Shown: positions 31,120 through 41,787 of the stretch, piece by piece
Position numbering within the stretch: position 1 is the first letter of the stretch
Layout of the letters: every line of letters starts with the position of its first letter
Assembly: GCA_965219415.1 (NCBI GenBank)
Contig: OZ244742.1
Coordinates: 992,001 to 1,056,000, forward strand
DNA length: 64,000 bases
Direction of reading: 5' to 3'
Origin: Candidatus Marinacidobacterales bacterium
GTDB taxonomy: Bacteria; Acidobacteriota; Vicinamibacteria; Marinacidobacterales; DATDRI01
Program-made: the position numbers and the translations under genes
The notes under the pieces: generated by a model
Database searches by the model: none
What the model was told of the DNA's origin: nothing
What the model saw: the letters and a program-made list of their open reading frames with translations, nothing else

Positions 31120-33362
31120 GCCTCCTGGGCCTCCACCACCGCGATCGCCGCCATGTTCACGATCTCATCCACTTCCGCCCCCCGCTGCAACACGTGCACC
31201 GGTTTGCGCAAGCCCATGAGGATAGGCCCGATCGCTTCCGCCTCACCCAGCCGCTGCATGAGCTTGTAGGCGGAGTTGCCCGCCTCGAGGCTGGGGAAAA
31301 TGAGGACGTTCGCTTCCGAGCTTAGAGTGCTGAAGGGATAGGTCTCGGTCAAGATCTCTCCCACCACGGCGGTGTCGGCTTGCATCTCACCATCGACCTC
31401 GAGCTCCGGGGCTCGCTGGCGCACGAGCTCGGTGGCAAGGCGGACCTTGTCGGACAGCGGATGGCGGGTACTTCCGAAGTTCGAGAACGACAACATCGCA
31501 ACACGGGGCTCGATGCCGAAGCGTCGAGCAACTTCTGCGGTGCCGATGGCGATCTCCGCTAAATCTTCGGCGGTGGGCTCGATGTTAACCGTCGTGTCTG
31601 CGAAAAACTTGACGTCGTCTTTGAAGATCATCATGTAGACGCCCGCCACTTTCCTAACATCGCTCTTGATGCGAATGACCTGGAGCGCGGGGCGAATCGT
31701 ATCCGGATAGTGTTGGGTGAGGCCGGCGACCATCGCGTCGGCGTCGCCGAGGTTCACCATCATCGAACCGAAGACGTTGTGATTGTTCATGAGCTCCTGA
31801 GCCTCGCTGCGCGTGACGCCTCGCCGGTTGCGTAGCTTGTAGAGTTCTTCCACATAGCGATCGAACTCGGGCGAGCTCCGGGGCAGAACGACCGAGGCAC
31901 CGTGGAACTCGAGGCCCAGCTCTTTCATTTTCTCTCGCACGACATCCGGGCGACCCAATAGGATCGGCTGCGCCACGTGCTCGTCGATGAGAACATGAGC
32001 GGCGCGCAAAATCTTGCCCTCTTCCCCTTCGGGGAAAACGATACGCTTCGCCTCTTTCTTCGCCCGCGAGATGATGGTTCGCATCACTTCCCGGCCCCGC
32101 CCGAGCTTGGCCTCCAGTCGGTCGCGGTACTCATCGATGTCGATTTGAATTCGAGCCACCCCGGTCTCCATCGCGGCTCGAGCCACCGCCGGTGCTACCC
32201 AAGTGAGAACGCGGGGATCGAACGGTTTGGGAATAATGTAGTCGGGACCGAAACGCATCTTGTCGACGCCGTACGCCCGCATAACGGAGTCGGGCGCGTC
32301 TTCTTTTGCGAGGTCTGCCAGCGCGCGAACCGCGGCCGCCTTCATCTCCTCGTTCACCGCCTTCGCCCTTACATCGAGCGCCCCCCGGAAGATAAACGGA
32401 AAGCCCAGAACGTTGTTCACTTGGTTGGGATAGTCGGTGCGGCCGGTGGCCATGATCAGGTCGTCGCGAACAGAGGTCGCGTCCTCGTAGGTGATCTCGG
32501 GGTCGGGGTTCGCCATCGCCATGATGATGGGCTTGTCGTTCATCGATGCGACCATCTCCCTGGTGACCGCGTCCTTCACCGACACGCCGACGAAGAGATC
32601 CGCGCCCACCATCGCCTCCGCCAATGTTCGCTTCTTGATGTCGAGAGCGAAGCGAGCCTTGTAGGGGTTCATCCCCTCCTGCCGCCCTTTGTAGATGACA
32701 CCTTTGGAGTCACACATGATGGTGTTCTCCGCCTTGACTCCCAATCCCATCATCAGTTGCGCACAGGCGACCCCCGCCGCGCCGGCACCGTTGAAGACCG
32801 CCTTCAGATCCGAAATACGTTTCCCGGTTAGCTCCAAGGCGTTGAGGAGCGCGGCACCAGAAATGATAGCCGTGCCGTGTTGGTCATCGTGAAAGACCGG
32901 TATGCTCATCGTCTTCTTGAGCTCTTCTTCGACATAGAAACAGTCTGGTGCCTTGATGTCCTCGAGGTTGATGCCTCCGAAGGTCGGCTCGAGCAATTTC
33001 ACGACCCTGACGATTTCCTTTGGATCTGCGGTCGCGAGCTCGATGTCGAACACATCGATATCCGCGAAACGCTTGAATAGAACTCCCTTGCCTTCCATCA
33101 CCGGTTTGGCAGCCATCGGACCGATGTTCCCGAGGCCGAGTACCGCGGTGCCGTTGGTGACCACCGCCACCAAGTTGCCCCGGGCGGTATAGTTGAAGAC
33201 GTCTTCCGGATTCGCCTTGATCTCGAGACAAGGCACCGCGACGCCCGGTGTGTATGCCAAGGACAGATCTCTTTGGGTCCGGCACGGCTTGGTCGGGGTG
33301 ACCTCGATCTTGCCTTTGCGACCGCTCGAGTGATACTCGAGGGCCTCTTGCTTTCCAATCAC
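31116..33362 (-). CDS. maeB: NADP-dependent malic enzyme with PTA-like domain
   Basis: [32 protein letters not shown]-terminal DGEMQAD. Confidence 0.96.
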   Translation of the reverse strand: MIGKQEALEYHSSGRKGKIEVTPTKPCRTQRDLSLAYTPGVAVPCLEIKANPEDVFNYTARGNLVAVVTNGTAVLGLGNIGPMAAKPVMEGKGVLFKRFADIDVFDIELATADPKEIVRVVKLLEPTFGGINLEDIKAPDCFYVEEELKKTMSIPVFHDDQHGTAIISGAALLNALELTGKRISDLKAVFNGAGAAGVACAQLMMGLGVKAENTIMCDSKGVIYKGRQEGMNPYKARFALDIKKRTLAEAMVGADLFVGVSVKDAVTREMVASMNDKPIIMAMANPDPEITYEDATSVRDDLIMATGRTDYPNQVNNVLGFPFIFRGALDVRAKAVNEEMKAAAVRALADLAKEDAPDSVMRAYGVDKMRFGPDYIIPKPFDPRVLTWVAPAVARAAMETGVARIQIDIDEYRDRLEAKLGRGREVMRTIISRAKKEAKRIVFPEGEEGKILRAAHVLIDEHVAQPILLGRPDVVREKMKELGLEFHGASVVLPRSSPEFDRYVEELYKLRNRRGVTRSEAQELMNNHNVFGSMMVNLGDADAMVAGLTQHYPDTIRPALQVIRIKSDVRKVAGVYMMIFKDDVKFFADTTVNIEPTAEDLAEIAIGTAEVARRFGIEPRVAMLSFSNFGSTRHPLSDKVRLATELVRQRAPELEVDGEMQADTAVVGEILTETYPFSTLSSEANVLIFPSLEAGNSAYKLMQRLGEAEAIGPILMGLRKPVHVLQRGAEVDEIVNMAAIAVVEAQEA

Positions 33363-33490
33363 TTTTTCACCTCACGCTGGCTTCTGAGCCAGTCATCATA
33401 GCAGAAGAAGCGATTCCTTAGCGGTACGAAAACCTCGGCGAACGCGGTAAAATGAGAACAAATTCACTATGAAACATTGAGAGGCAAACC

Positions 33491-34849
33491 ATGTGGTGGA
33501 AGTTCTTGGTAGCAATGAGTCTGGCAGGCCTCCTCGGAGCCCGGGCAACCCCACCTCAGAAAAACCCAGCGGTGTTCCCATACGCAATCGATCAGAAGGA
33601 ATTCCCAAACGGCCTCCGACTGGTCGGCGTGCACTTCGACAGCCCGGGCCTGGTCTCCTACTACTCCATCGTACACGTGGGCTCGAGACAGGAAGTGGAG
33701 CCGGGCAGGAGCGGCTTCGCTCATTTCTTCGAGCACATGATGTTCCGCGGAACGGATACCTACAGCGAGGACGAATACAATGCGGTACTGACCGCGGTGG
33801 GCGCCGACCACAACGCCAACACCAGCTTCGATTACACGCGTTATCACATCCTGGCGAGCTCGGATTCGCTGCCGAAGATCGTCGAGATCGAGGCAGACCG
33901 CTTTCAGAACCTCCGTTACAGCGAAGAGCAGTTCAAGAAAGAAGCGGGAGCAGTGCTCGGCGAGTACAACAAGAACGCCGCGAGCCCGGTCCAAGGTCTG
34001 CAGGTCGAGCTCTACCAAAAGGCCTTCCGCGTCCACCCCTATCGTCATCTGGTCATCGGGTTCTTGGAAGACATCAAGGCCATGCCCGCGATGCACGACT
34101 ACAGCCTCGAATTCTTCGACCAATTCTACCGACCTGAGTACACGACGATTCTCGTCGTCGGGGATTTCAACTGGCAAGAACTCACCTACTTGGTCGAGAA
34201 GAACTACGGCCAATGGAAGCGTGGCGCCTACACCGCGAAGATTCCAACCGAACCCACTCAAACGGAACCACAAGAATTCAACGTGGAATGGCCGGCACCG
34301 ACACTTCCCTGGCTGATGATTGCCTACCACGCGCCGGCCTTCAATACCGACAACGCCGAGATCCCAACGCTGGACGTGTTGTCTCAGCTCGCTTTCGGTA
34401 GCACGTCTCCACTTCATAGGAAGCTTGTACTCGAAGAGCAGTGGGTTGATTTCATCGGTGCCGGAGCCTTCGACCAGGCGGACCCCACTCTTTACACAAT
34501 CCTGACCCGCGTGCGCCGCCCCGACAAGCTGCCCGAAGTTCGCACCGCCATCTTGGATCAGGTAGGGCGCCTCGGTACCGAGCGTTTCGACGCCGAGCGG
34601 CTATCGTCGACGAAGAGTCACATGAAGTACCAGTTCTTGATGAATATGAACACCGCCGACGCTGTTGGGAACACCTTGTCCCACTACATTGCGCTTACCA
34701 GTGACCCGCAGACCGTGAACCGTGTCTATGAGCTTTACGACTCGGTGACGCCCGACGCCATGCTCGAGGTCGCAAGTAAATACTTTCGTCCTGAGGTGCG
34801 AACGATCGTAACGCTCACGCAGTCGGCGGACGTCAAGGGAGAGGAATAG
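33491..34849 (+). CDS. M16B zinc peptidase, catalytic subunit (secreted)
   Basis: HFFEHMMF (HxxEH); signal peptide. Confidence 0.93.
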   Translation: MWWKFLVAMSLAGLLGARATPPQKNPAVFPYAIDQKEFPNGLRLVGVHFDSPGLVSYYSIVHVGSRQEVEPGRSGFAHFFEHMMFRGTDTYSEDEYNAVLTAVGADHNANTSFDYTRYHILASSDSLPKIVEIEADRFQNLRYSEEQFKKEAGAVLGEYNKNAASPVQGLQVELYQKAFRVHPYRHLVIGFLEDIKAMPAMHDYSLEFFDQFYRPEYTTILVVGDFNWQELTYLVEKNYGQWKRGAYTAKIPTEPTQTEPQEFNVEWPAPTLPWLMIAYHAPAFNTDNAEIPTLDVLSQLAFGSTSPLHRKLVLEEQWVDFIGAGAFDQADPTLYTILTRVRRPDKLPEVRTAILDQVGRLGTERFDAERLSSTKSHMKYQFLMNMNTADAVGNTLSHYIALTSDPQTVNRVYELYDSVTPDAMLEVASKYFRPEVRTIVTLTQSADVKGEE

Positions 34850-34855
34850 ACCACC

Positions 34856-36379
34856 ATGTCCCTGCAATCCCTGCAATCAACGATTGGATGCGCGCTGGTC
34901 TTGCTGGTGGCGGCCTCGCTCGGTGCTGCGAGTCGCCCCGCCTCCCCGACCGATCACCCTTCGGTGATCGTCCCGAGCCCAGGGAACCCACTGGTGAGCT
35001 TTCGACTCATGTTCCACACCGGTTCGTCCAACGATCCCGCCGGGAAGGAAGGGCTCAACACTCTCACCGCGATGATGCTCTCTAGCGGCGGGACCGAAAC
35101 GCTCTCGCTCTTCGAAGTGAACCAGAAGCTCTACCCGATGGCTGGGCTCGTGTCGGCGGAAGCGGATAAAGAGGTCACTACGCTGGTGGGTAGAGTACAC
35201 CGCGACTTCATGGAGGATTTCTATACCGTCTACCGTGACCTCCTGCTTCACCCCCGATTCGATCCCGCGGACTTCGAGAGAAACCGCGACCAACTGTTGT
35301 CGTACGTTACCAAGACCCTACGCGGTAGCGACGACGAACAGCTCGGCAAGACCATGCTCGAGGACATGATTTACTCGGGGCATCCTTTTGGCCACCCGAC
35401 GCAGGGGACGGCGGCTGGCCTTCGGAGCACTACCCTCGATGACGTGAAGACGTTCTACCGCACGCACTACAACTTCGCCGCATTGCGGATGGGTCTTGCC
35501 GGAGATCTCCCCGCCGGCTTCGACGAAAGAGTCCGCGAAGACTTCCAAAAAGGCCTCGCGGAGGGCCCCGTCGCGAGAGCGGACATGTCGCAACCGCCAC
35601 GCGGTGACGGCCTCGAAGTACGGATCGCCAAGAAAGCAGCCGACTCCACAGCCATTAGCCTCGGTTTCGCGTACAGTGTCACTCGCTCCGACGCTGATTT
35701 CTATCCTTTGCTGGTCGCGAACACGTACCTCGGGGATCATCGATCCTTCCACGGCGTGCTCATGAACAAACTCCGCGCCGAGCGCGGGCTGAATTACGGA
35801 GATTATTCCTACATCGAAAAATTCATTCAGGATGGATCAGGCACCTTCCCGCTATCTAACATCGTCCGGCATCAGCAGTTTTTCAGCATATGGATTCGTC
35901 CGGTCGTTCCTACTAACGCGCACTTTGCGCTGCGCGCCGCGATCTGGGAGCTCCGGAAGTTCGTCGAGAACGGAATGAGTGAAGAAGACTTCGTGGCAAC
36001 CCGGAACTACCTGTTGAACTACTCCAAACTGTGGGTGCAAAGCCTGGATCGCCGGCTTGGATACCACCTCGACTCGCGTTTCTACGGAACCGAGTACTAC
36101 ATGGATGAGATCGCGACGCGTTTGAAGTCGATGACTGTCGACGATGTGAACCGCGCGGTGAAGAAGCACCTCGACCGCTGGGATATCCGTGTAGCGATTG
36201 TGAGCTCCGACGCGCATGAGCTCGCCGCCGCCCTCCAGGAGAATCGGGCGAGCCCCATTACCTACCAGACCGAGGGAACGCCCCCGGAGGTGCTCGAGGA
36301 GGACAAGAAGATCGAGCGCTTCGAGCTCCCAGTCAAAGCCGTCGACGTGGTCCCGGTAGAACAGCTATTCGAGCAGTGA
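34856..36379 (+). CDS. M16B peptidase, non-catalytic partner subunit
   Basis: M16 fold motifs without HxxEH; RAERGLNY R/Y motif. Confidence 0.9.
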   Translation: MSLQSLQSTIGCALVLLVAASLGAASRPASPTDHPSVIVPSPGNPLVSFRLMFHTGSSNDPAGKEGLNTLTAMMLSSGGTETLSLFEVNQKLYPMAGLVSAEADKEVTTLVGRVHRDFMEDFYTVYRDLLLHPRFDPADFERNRDQLLSYVTKTLRGSDDEQLGKTMLEDMIYSGHPFGHPTQGTAAGLRSTTLDDVKTFYRTHYNFAALRMGLAGDLPAGFDERVREDFQKGLAEGPVARADMSQPPRGDGLEVRIAKKAADSTAISLGFAYSVTRSDADFYPLLVANTYLGDHRSFHGVLMNKLRAERGLNYGDYSYIEKFIQDGSGTFPLSNIVRHQQFFSIWIRPVVPTNAHFALRAAIWELRKFVENGMSEEDFVATRNYLLNYSKLWVQSLDRRLGYHLDSRFYGTEYYMDEIATRLKSMTVDDVNRAVKKHLDRWDIRVAIVSSDAHELAAALQENRASPITYQTEGTPPEVLEEDKKIERFELPVKAVDVVPVEQLFEQ

Positions 36380-36394
36380 CCAGCTATCCCTAAA

Positions 36395-36422
36395 AGGGGC
36401 CGAGCCTCGGGGACCGGGCCCC
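36395..36422. terminator. Possible bidirectional terminator hairpin between convergent genes
   Basis: GGGGCC...GGCCCC stem preceded by an A run. Confidence 0.4.
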
Positions 36423-36429
36423 GATTCAA

Positions 36430-36924
36430 TCAGAGCAAGCCGAGATGGGCGAAGGCGGGCAACACGGGCTGAAGCTGAGCCGCCTGCCGTAGCATCTCGA
36501 GACTTTGACGCTGCGTATCGGTCAAGTGCCCTTGGAAGTTCGCAAGAAACTCTGCTTGTATCATTTCGATGGCCTGGCGGCGCTGGTGAATATTGAGCAC
36601 GGTCAAGCCAATGACCGGCGGGTTTTCGCCGGCCGCGATGAGCCCCTCGAGCTGTTTCTCGAGAACGGCAACTTCCTCACGTATCGGTGTCGTGGCCATC
36701 TGCCGCTCCTTAAGCAGGTTCTTGAAAACCCCGACCTGATCCGGACTCAAGTGAAGAAAACGTGCCACCGCCTCGACGTTCGATTCGGTGCTGCCGCCGT
36801 GGGCGTAGCTCGCCGCGGATCCGGTCAGGAGTAGGAGGACGGACGCTGCATAGATCCAGTAGGGTTTGTGAAATCTCATCATGAACTCTCTCTTTCTGCC
36901 CTTTCGGGGCATTTGTGGTTTCAC
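36430..36924 (-). CDS. Periplasmic Spy/CpxP/heavy-metal-sensor-like helical protein
   Basis: Signal peptide; LSPDQ and LTDTQ (LTxxQ) motifs; start may be 36882. Confidence 0.7.
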   Translation of the reverse strand: MKPQMPRKGRKREFMMRFHKPYWIYAASVLLLLTGSAASYAHGGSTESNVEAVARFLHLSPDQVGVFKNLLKERQMATTPIREEVAVLEKQLEGLIAAGENPPVIGLTVLNIHQRRQAIEMIQAEFLANFQGHLTDTQRQSLEMLRQAAQLQPVLPAFAHLGLL

Positions 36925-36930
36925 TGTTCA

Positions 36931-36957
36931 TGACATCGCGCGCCGGGCTGTGGTTCA
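36931..36957 (-). promoter_or_regulatory. ECF sigma promoter TGAAC-N17-TGTC
   Basis: Same motif and spacing as the promoter of the sigma gene itself. Confidence 0.65.
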
Positions 36958-37101
36958 GGGGAGCGGAAACATAGCGAAGAAAAACTTGGAATCTACGCCT
37001 GTCGACCGAGAGGGAAAGATAGAACCATCATAAACACTGTTGTTTACAGCTTGACCCGCTCCGGGCGGCTCTTCGCGGACAGCGGTTCGCCGATAACGAA
37101 T

Positions 37102-37128
37102 TGAACGTCCCCTGTTTCGGCGGTGTCT
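37102..37128 (+). promoter_or_regulatory. ECF sigma autoregulatory promoter TGAAC-N17-TGTC
   Basis: TGAAC at 37102-37106 and TGTC at 37124-37127; in-frame GTG at 37134. Confidence 0.65.
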
Positions 37129-37133
37129 TTAAA

Positions 37134-37709
37134 GTGAGCGACAAGCCTAGGATTCACCCATCCGAGATGAGTAGCTTTGTAGAACCGAGCGCCCGGGAGC
37201 CGAGCGCCGTTCTCGACCGTGAAAAGGACTTCGCGCGTTTGGTCGCCGAGAGCCAGCACCGAGTCGTCGCCATCGCGCGCGGCGTGCTAGGAAACCCCCA
37301 AGATGCCGAAGAGGTTGCACAAGATGCCTTCATCCGCGCCTACCGCTTCTTCGAGAGTTTGCGCGAGGCCGACAAGTTTCGGGCGTGGGTCAATCGAATC
37401 GTGTTTACTCTCGCACTCAACCGAAGGCGCGCCACGCGAAGACGGCTCGACCGCGATACGGCGTGGCACCAGAGCCTCGGTGATATTCCGCAGCAGCAAG
37501 GCCGTTGGGCGGTCGACAAGATTTTCCTGAGTGATGTCCGTGCTCAAATCGATTCGCTGCCCGAGAAACTTCGTATCGTCCTCGTGCTCTGTGCGATTGA
37601 GGACATGGAGGCCACCGAAGTGGCCGCGGCCCTTCGGATCCCAACCGGTACGGTGCGCTCGCGCCTTAACTTTGCGCGTAAGCAACTTCTTTCGATGATC
37701 TCACGATGA
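37134..37709 (+). CDS. ECF sigma-70 factor
   Basis: DAEEVAQDAFIRAY, FRAWVNRI, GTVRSRL; start probably 37134 or 37168. Confidence 0.92.
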   Translation: MSDKPRIHPSEMSSFVEPSAREPSAVLDREKDFARLVAESQHRVVAIARGVLGNPQDAEEVAQDAFIRAYRFFESLREADKFRAWVNRIVFTLALNRRRATRRRLDRDTAWHQSLGDIPQQQGRWAVDKIFLSDVRAQIDSLPEKLRIVLVLCAIEDMEATEVAAALRIPTGTVRSRLNFARKQLLSMISR

Positions 37710-38209
37710 GAACGTGCGACGACAAATGGAATAATGCGTTGATGGATGTCGCTCTTGGGGTGAAAAGCCCCGAGGTCGACCGGCACGTCCGTGATTGCGC
37801 CAGCTGTGCGGGGGCGCTGTCGAGTCTGCGTGCCGACGCTTCCGCTCTCGACGAAGCGGTCGGTGTGCTCTCGAACGCAAAACCCTCACCGTCGTTCCGG
37901 GCTCAGGTCCTGGCTGGAATTCCCGATGCGCCCGATAGGCCCCTGCGACTCTGGCCCTGGTTCGGGGCTGCGTCAGCGGTGTTGGTTGGGATCGCGGTCA
38001 TGGTCGCTATCATCGTCACAACGACACCCCCGGAAAGGGAATACGTGCCTGATCCGGAAATTGCCAATTGGCGTTCGCCCACCGCGGAGCTTCTCTACTC
38101 CGCCTCCTATAAGCAACTCCAGCAGGTCCCGCGCCTGGGCGGCTTCCATGTTGATTTGCCCGAGACTCTATACGAGGAGAACAACGATGAAGAACACGAT
38201 GACAGTTAG
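37706..38209 (+). CDS. Zinc-binding (HxxxCxxC) membrane anti-sigma factor
   Basis: HVRDCASC; one TM; coupled to the sigma gene. Confidence 0.85.
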   Translation: MRTCDDKWNNALMDVALGVKSPEVDRHVRDCASCAGALSSLRADASALDEAVGVLSNAKPSPSFRAQVLAGIPDAPDRPLRLWPWFGAASAVLVGIAVMVAIIVTTTPPEREYVPDPEIANWRSPTAELLYSASYKQLQQVPRLGGFHVDLPETLYEENNDEEHDDS

Positions 38210-38624
38210 CGCCGCGTTGGGTATCAGCCTCCTCATGCTGTCGCCCATCGCTTTCGCGCAGAAACCGGAAAGAGATCCGATCGCGGAGCACCTATTTCCG
38301 CCCGAGCTCATCATGTCGAACCAGAACGCGATTGGGCTCGACGACGAGCAGAAAAACGCGATCCGCGCGGAAGTGCAGCGTGCACAGGCGCGCTTCAGCG
38401 AAGTCCAGTGGCGGCTCCATGACGCGATGGAAATCCTCGCCTCATTGCTGGAGCAGGAGCCAACCGACGAAGCCGCCGTTATGGAGCACCTGGACGAGGT
38501 CCTCGATGCCGAACGGGAAGTCAAACGCACGCAGCTGACTCTGATGATACGGATCAAGAACGAGCTCAACGCGGAGCAGCGGGCGCGCTTGAGCGAGCTG
38601 CGCGCGAGGGAGCCTCGCGAGTAG
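38187..38624 (+). CDS. Periplasmic heavy-metal-sensor / Spy-CpxP family protein
   Basis: GAGGAG RBS; signal peptide; LDDEQ...LNAEQR. Confidence 0.8.
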   Translation: MKNTMTVSAALGISLLMLSPIAFAQKPERDPIAEHLFPPELIMSNQNAIGLDDEQKNAIRAEVQRAQARFSEVQWRLHDAMEILASLLEQEPTDEAAVMEHLDEVLDAEREVKRTQLTLMIRIKNELNAEQRARLSELRAREPRE

Positions 38625-38719
38625 TTTCGCGAGACCGACTGGAAGGCCGAACTCCTGTCTTGAACTAAACGTAACGCCGCCGTCACGAGAGCTACCGATT
38701 TCAAATTAGGGAAAACTAA

Positions 38720-40468
38720 TCAGCGTTCAGCGTTTTCTTTCTCTTGATCGAAGATGATCTTCCCTCCGAGGATGGTCATCATCACGTCCACGTCCTTGAT
38801 CTCCGCGTGTGGGATGGAAGTGATGTCCCTCGACAGCACCGCAAAGTCGGCGAGCTTTCCAGGCGTGATACTTCCCTTGTCTGCTTCTTCATACGCCGCC
38901 CATGCCGAGCCCATCGTGTAGGCCTCGATCGCCTCCGACACTGTCAGAATCTGTTCGGGAAACCACCCTCCGGGAGGTTCGCCGGTCATGGTCTTGCGAG
39001 TCACCGCGGCGTAGATTCCGAGAAGCGGGTTCGCGGGATAGTAAGCGGCATTGGTACCCGGCCAATCGGTCCCGAAACAAAGCCGCGCCCCGCCCATCTG
39101 GAGCGACTTGAACGCATACGCTCCCTTGGATCTTTCCTTACCAATGCGCTCTTCCATCCAACGCATATCATCGATGGCGTGATACGGCTGCACTTCGGCA
39201 ACGATTCCCAGCTTTCCGTAGGTTGAGAAATCGTCGGGCCCCACCACTTGGGAGTGAATAATCCTAAAACGGCGGTCCCACCGCGGGTTCTCTTCGATGA
39301 CCGTCTCGTACATGTCGAGAAGCATCGCAATCGCCTTGTCGCCGATGGCGTGAACGTTGGGTACGAGATGCGCTCGGTCTGCTTCCCGAATCAAGCGCAA
39401 CATGTTCCCTTCCGGATGCATCATGTCTCGAAGCTTGCCGGAGTTCTCGGGATCGTGATCGTAGGGTTCGTTGAAAAGCGCGGAACTGTTCCCCATGATG
39501 CCGTCCACGAACCCCTTCAGGCCTCCAATCTTCAGCATGTCGTTGCCGAAACCGGTCTCGATGCCGACCGCGGCGAGATGTTCCACCATATCGAGTGTCG
39601 GACGAGCCCACACCCGAACCGACAACTCGCCACTGCGTAGGAGCTCCTGGAAGACCCGCATCTGATCCCGACGCGTGATGTCGTGGATGCTGGTCACGCC
39701 GTAGCGACGTAACTCAGCGAGCGCGCGCCGACTTTCGATCAGCCGTTGCTCCCAGGGCTTTTCTCCAATGACCGCCTCGACCAATTCGACTGCGGTGCCG
39801 GTCAGGACTCCGGTCGGCTCGCCGTTCGCGTCCCGCTCGATGCTCCCGCCCTCGGGGTCGGGTGTCTCGGCATCGATCCCGGCCTTCTGAAGAGCGAGAC
39901 CGTTAGCCAAATACATGCTTCGGTCGAAGCGACGAATCAAGACAGGATGTGAGCCGCTGACGTCGTCGACCATCTTGCGAGTGGGCGCGAACGGATCCGC
40001 GGGCTTCGACTCACTCGACTCACCGGAAGCCCCTTCCTCCCAAGCCTCGTAGGCGCCCCAATCACCCCCGATGATCCAACTCTCTTCGGGGAGTCGCTTC
40101 GCCACCGTCGTGATCTCATCTCTGAGTCCTCGTTCGTCGTGAACGCGAAGCAAATTCGCACCCAAAAGAAGGGCCCCCGCCTGGGCGAAATGCGTGTGAT
40201 CGTCGACGAAGCCGGGGACCACGAAGCGTCCTTCGAGGTCGACGATGCGCGTAGACCGGCCGATGCGTGAACGGATCTCGGAGTTGGTGCCCACCGCCAC
40301 AATCCGATCACCAAAGACGGCCACCGCCCCGGCTCGGGGCCGATCCGGATCGACGGTGTAGACGGTCCCGTTCAGAAAAACGAGATCGGCTGGCGGTGCC
40401 TGAGCAGCAAGTGGCGCCGCCAGAAACCAAGCGAGCGAGATCAGCCCGGAAGTTCGAAGTCTTGGCAT
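38720..40468 (-). CDS. Secreted amidohydrolase (YtcJ/Amidohydro_3)
   Basis: PGFVDDHTH, KGFVDG, HAIGD, RIIHSQ, GTDWP, GKLADF. Confidence 0.9.
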   Translation of the reverse strand: MPRLRTSGLISLAWFLAAPLAAQAPPADLVFLNGTVYTVDPDRPRAGAVAVFGDRIVAVGTNSEIRSRIGRSTRIVDLEGRFVVPGFVDDHTHFAQAGALLLGANLLRVHDERGLRDEITTVAKRLPEESWIIGGDWGAYEAWEEGASGESSESKPADPFAPTRKMVDDVSGSHPVLIRRFDRSMYLANGLALQKAGIDAETPDPEGGSIERDANGEPTGVLTGTAVELVEAVIGEKPWEQRLIESRRALAELRRYGVTSIHDITRRDQMRVFQELLRSGELSVRVWARPTLDMVEHLAAVGIETGFGNDMLKIGGLKGFVDGIMGNSSALFNEPYDHDPENSGKLRDMMHPEGNMLRLIREADRAHLVPNVHAIGDKAIAMLLDMYETVIEENPRWDRRFRIIHSQVVGPDDFSTYGKLGIVAEVQPYHAIDDMRWMEERIGKERSKGAYAFKSLQMGGARLCFGTDWPGTNAAYYPANPLLGIYAAVTRKTMTGEPPGGWFPEQILTVSEAIEAYTMGSAWAAYEEADKGSITPGKLADFAVLSRDITSIPHAEIKDVDVMMTILGGKIIFDQEKENAER

Positions 40469-40493
40469 GAGCGACTCCTATTTTTGAATAGCC

Positions 40494-41693
40494 TTACCGA
40501 TCTGTGTAGAGGAGGTAGCGGGCGCGGATTTCTTCGAAACGGCTGAGATCGGCCTGCCATCCCTTTTCGATATCGGCCAGCGGCACATCGGCGTCGATTT
40601 GTTCGCGGATTCGGCTATTCCCCGCCAGGACATCGATGGCCAGCTTTTCTGTTTCGTACTCGTAAGTCTCATCCCGCCACGCGAACTCGTTCGGCCAAAG
40701 CCGCCGCAAGGCCTTGATGATTGCCAGTCCTGTTCTCAACGGGCGATACGTCTCCCGATCGATGACGTGTTGCTGAACGCCGCTGCAGAGCTCGCCCGCG
40801 AATTTGTGGAAGGCCGGCTCGAACGAGGTCGGTCTCATGAGAACCCCCGGAAGATTCTCCTTCTCCAGTTCCGTGACCAACCTCCGCGCGTCGACCCACG
40901 GCGCGCCAACCAACTCGAAGGGCCGCGTTGTCCCTCGCCCCTCCGATAGGTTGGTGCCTTCGAAGAGACAACCTCCCGGATAAACCGTCGCGGTATCCAG
41001 CGTCGGCATGTTCGGTGAGGGCATCACCCAAGGAAGTCCCGTTTCGTCAAACCAGCTCGAGCGAACCCAGCCCTTCATGGGAACGACGGTGAGGTTGCAG
41101 CCAATCCCGAACTCTTGGTTGAAGAGCCCAGCGAGCTCTCCTGCCGTCATTCCATGTCGATTGGCGATCGGGTAGAGCCCTACGAAAGAAACGTAGCTCT
41201 CCTCGATGAGATTCCCTTCGACGCGCAAGCCTCCAATCGGGTTCGGGCGATCCAACACGATCGCCTCTTTCCCATCCCGGGCGCAGGCTTGCATCGCGTG
41301 AGCCATCGTCCAAATGAAGGTGTAGTAGCGAGAGCCGATATCTTGAACATCGAAGACGAGCGCGTCTAGACCTGTCAACATCTGAGGAGTCGGGATGCGT
41401 GTCGCGCCGTAGAGGCTATGAACGGGGATCCCGGCGTCGCTGCGGTCCTCGACTTCGATGTGATCCTGCGCGTGGCCGGCGATCCCGTGCTCGGGGCCAA
41501 AGAGCGCCTTCAACTGTCCCGTCTCCCGCAGTCGATCGGCGGCGTGGCGCATCGCGGAATCGACGGTGGCGGGATTCGCGATGAGGCCTAGACGCTTTTC
41601 ACGGATGGCGTCGACACGATCTTCGAACAACCGCTCCAGGCCCGTCGTGACGGGCGGGGGCTCGGTCGGCGGTCTGGACGAGGAAGGACTCAC
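40494..41693 (-). CDS. namZ: Exo-beta-N-acetylmuramidase NamZ (DUF1343)
   Basis: FGPEHG, DVQDIGSRYYT, LDRPNP, PSPNMP, SEGRGTTRPFE; start uncertain. Confidence 0.88.
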   Translation of the reverse strand: MSPSSSRPPTEPPPVTTGLERLFEDRVDAIREKRLGLIANPATVDSAMRHAADRLRETGQLKALFGPEHGIAGHAQDHIEVEDRSDAGIPVHSLYGATRIPTPQMLTGLDALVFDVQDIGSRYYTFIWTMAHAMQACARDGKEAIVLDRPNPIGGLRVEGNLIEESYVSFVGLYPIANRHGMTAGELAGLFNQEFGIGCNLTVVPMKGWVRSSWFDETGLPWVMPSPNMPTLDTATVYPGGCLFEGTNLSEGRGTTRPFELVGAPWVDARRLVTELEKENLPGVLMRPTSFEPAFHKFAGELCSGVQQHVIDRETYRPLRTGLAIIKALRRLWPNEFAWRDETYEYETEKLAIDVLAGNSRIREQIDADVPLADIEKGWQADLSRFEEIRARYLLYTDR

Positions 41694-41787
41694 GTCGGCG
41701 GCTATATTGGCCGAAAAAAGGGGGCCTTTCAAGCTTTCAGGCTCCCTGCGTATTTCCCTCCCCAAAATTCCGTATCACAATGAATGC

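Noticed and set aside
31977-34417. Long opposite-strand ORFs 31977-32831 and 33467-34417
   Set aside because: Shadows of maeB and the M16 peptidase
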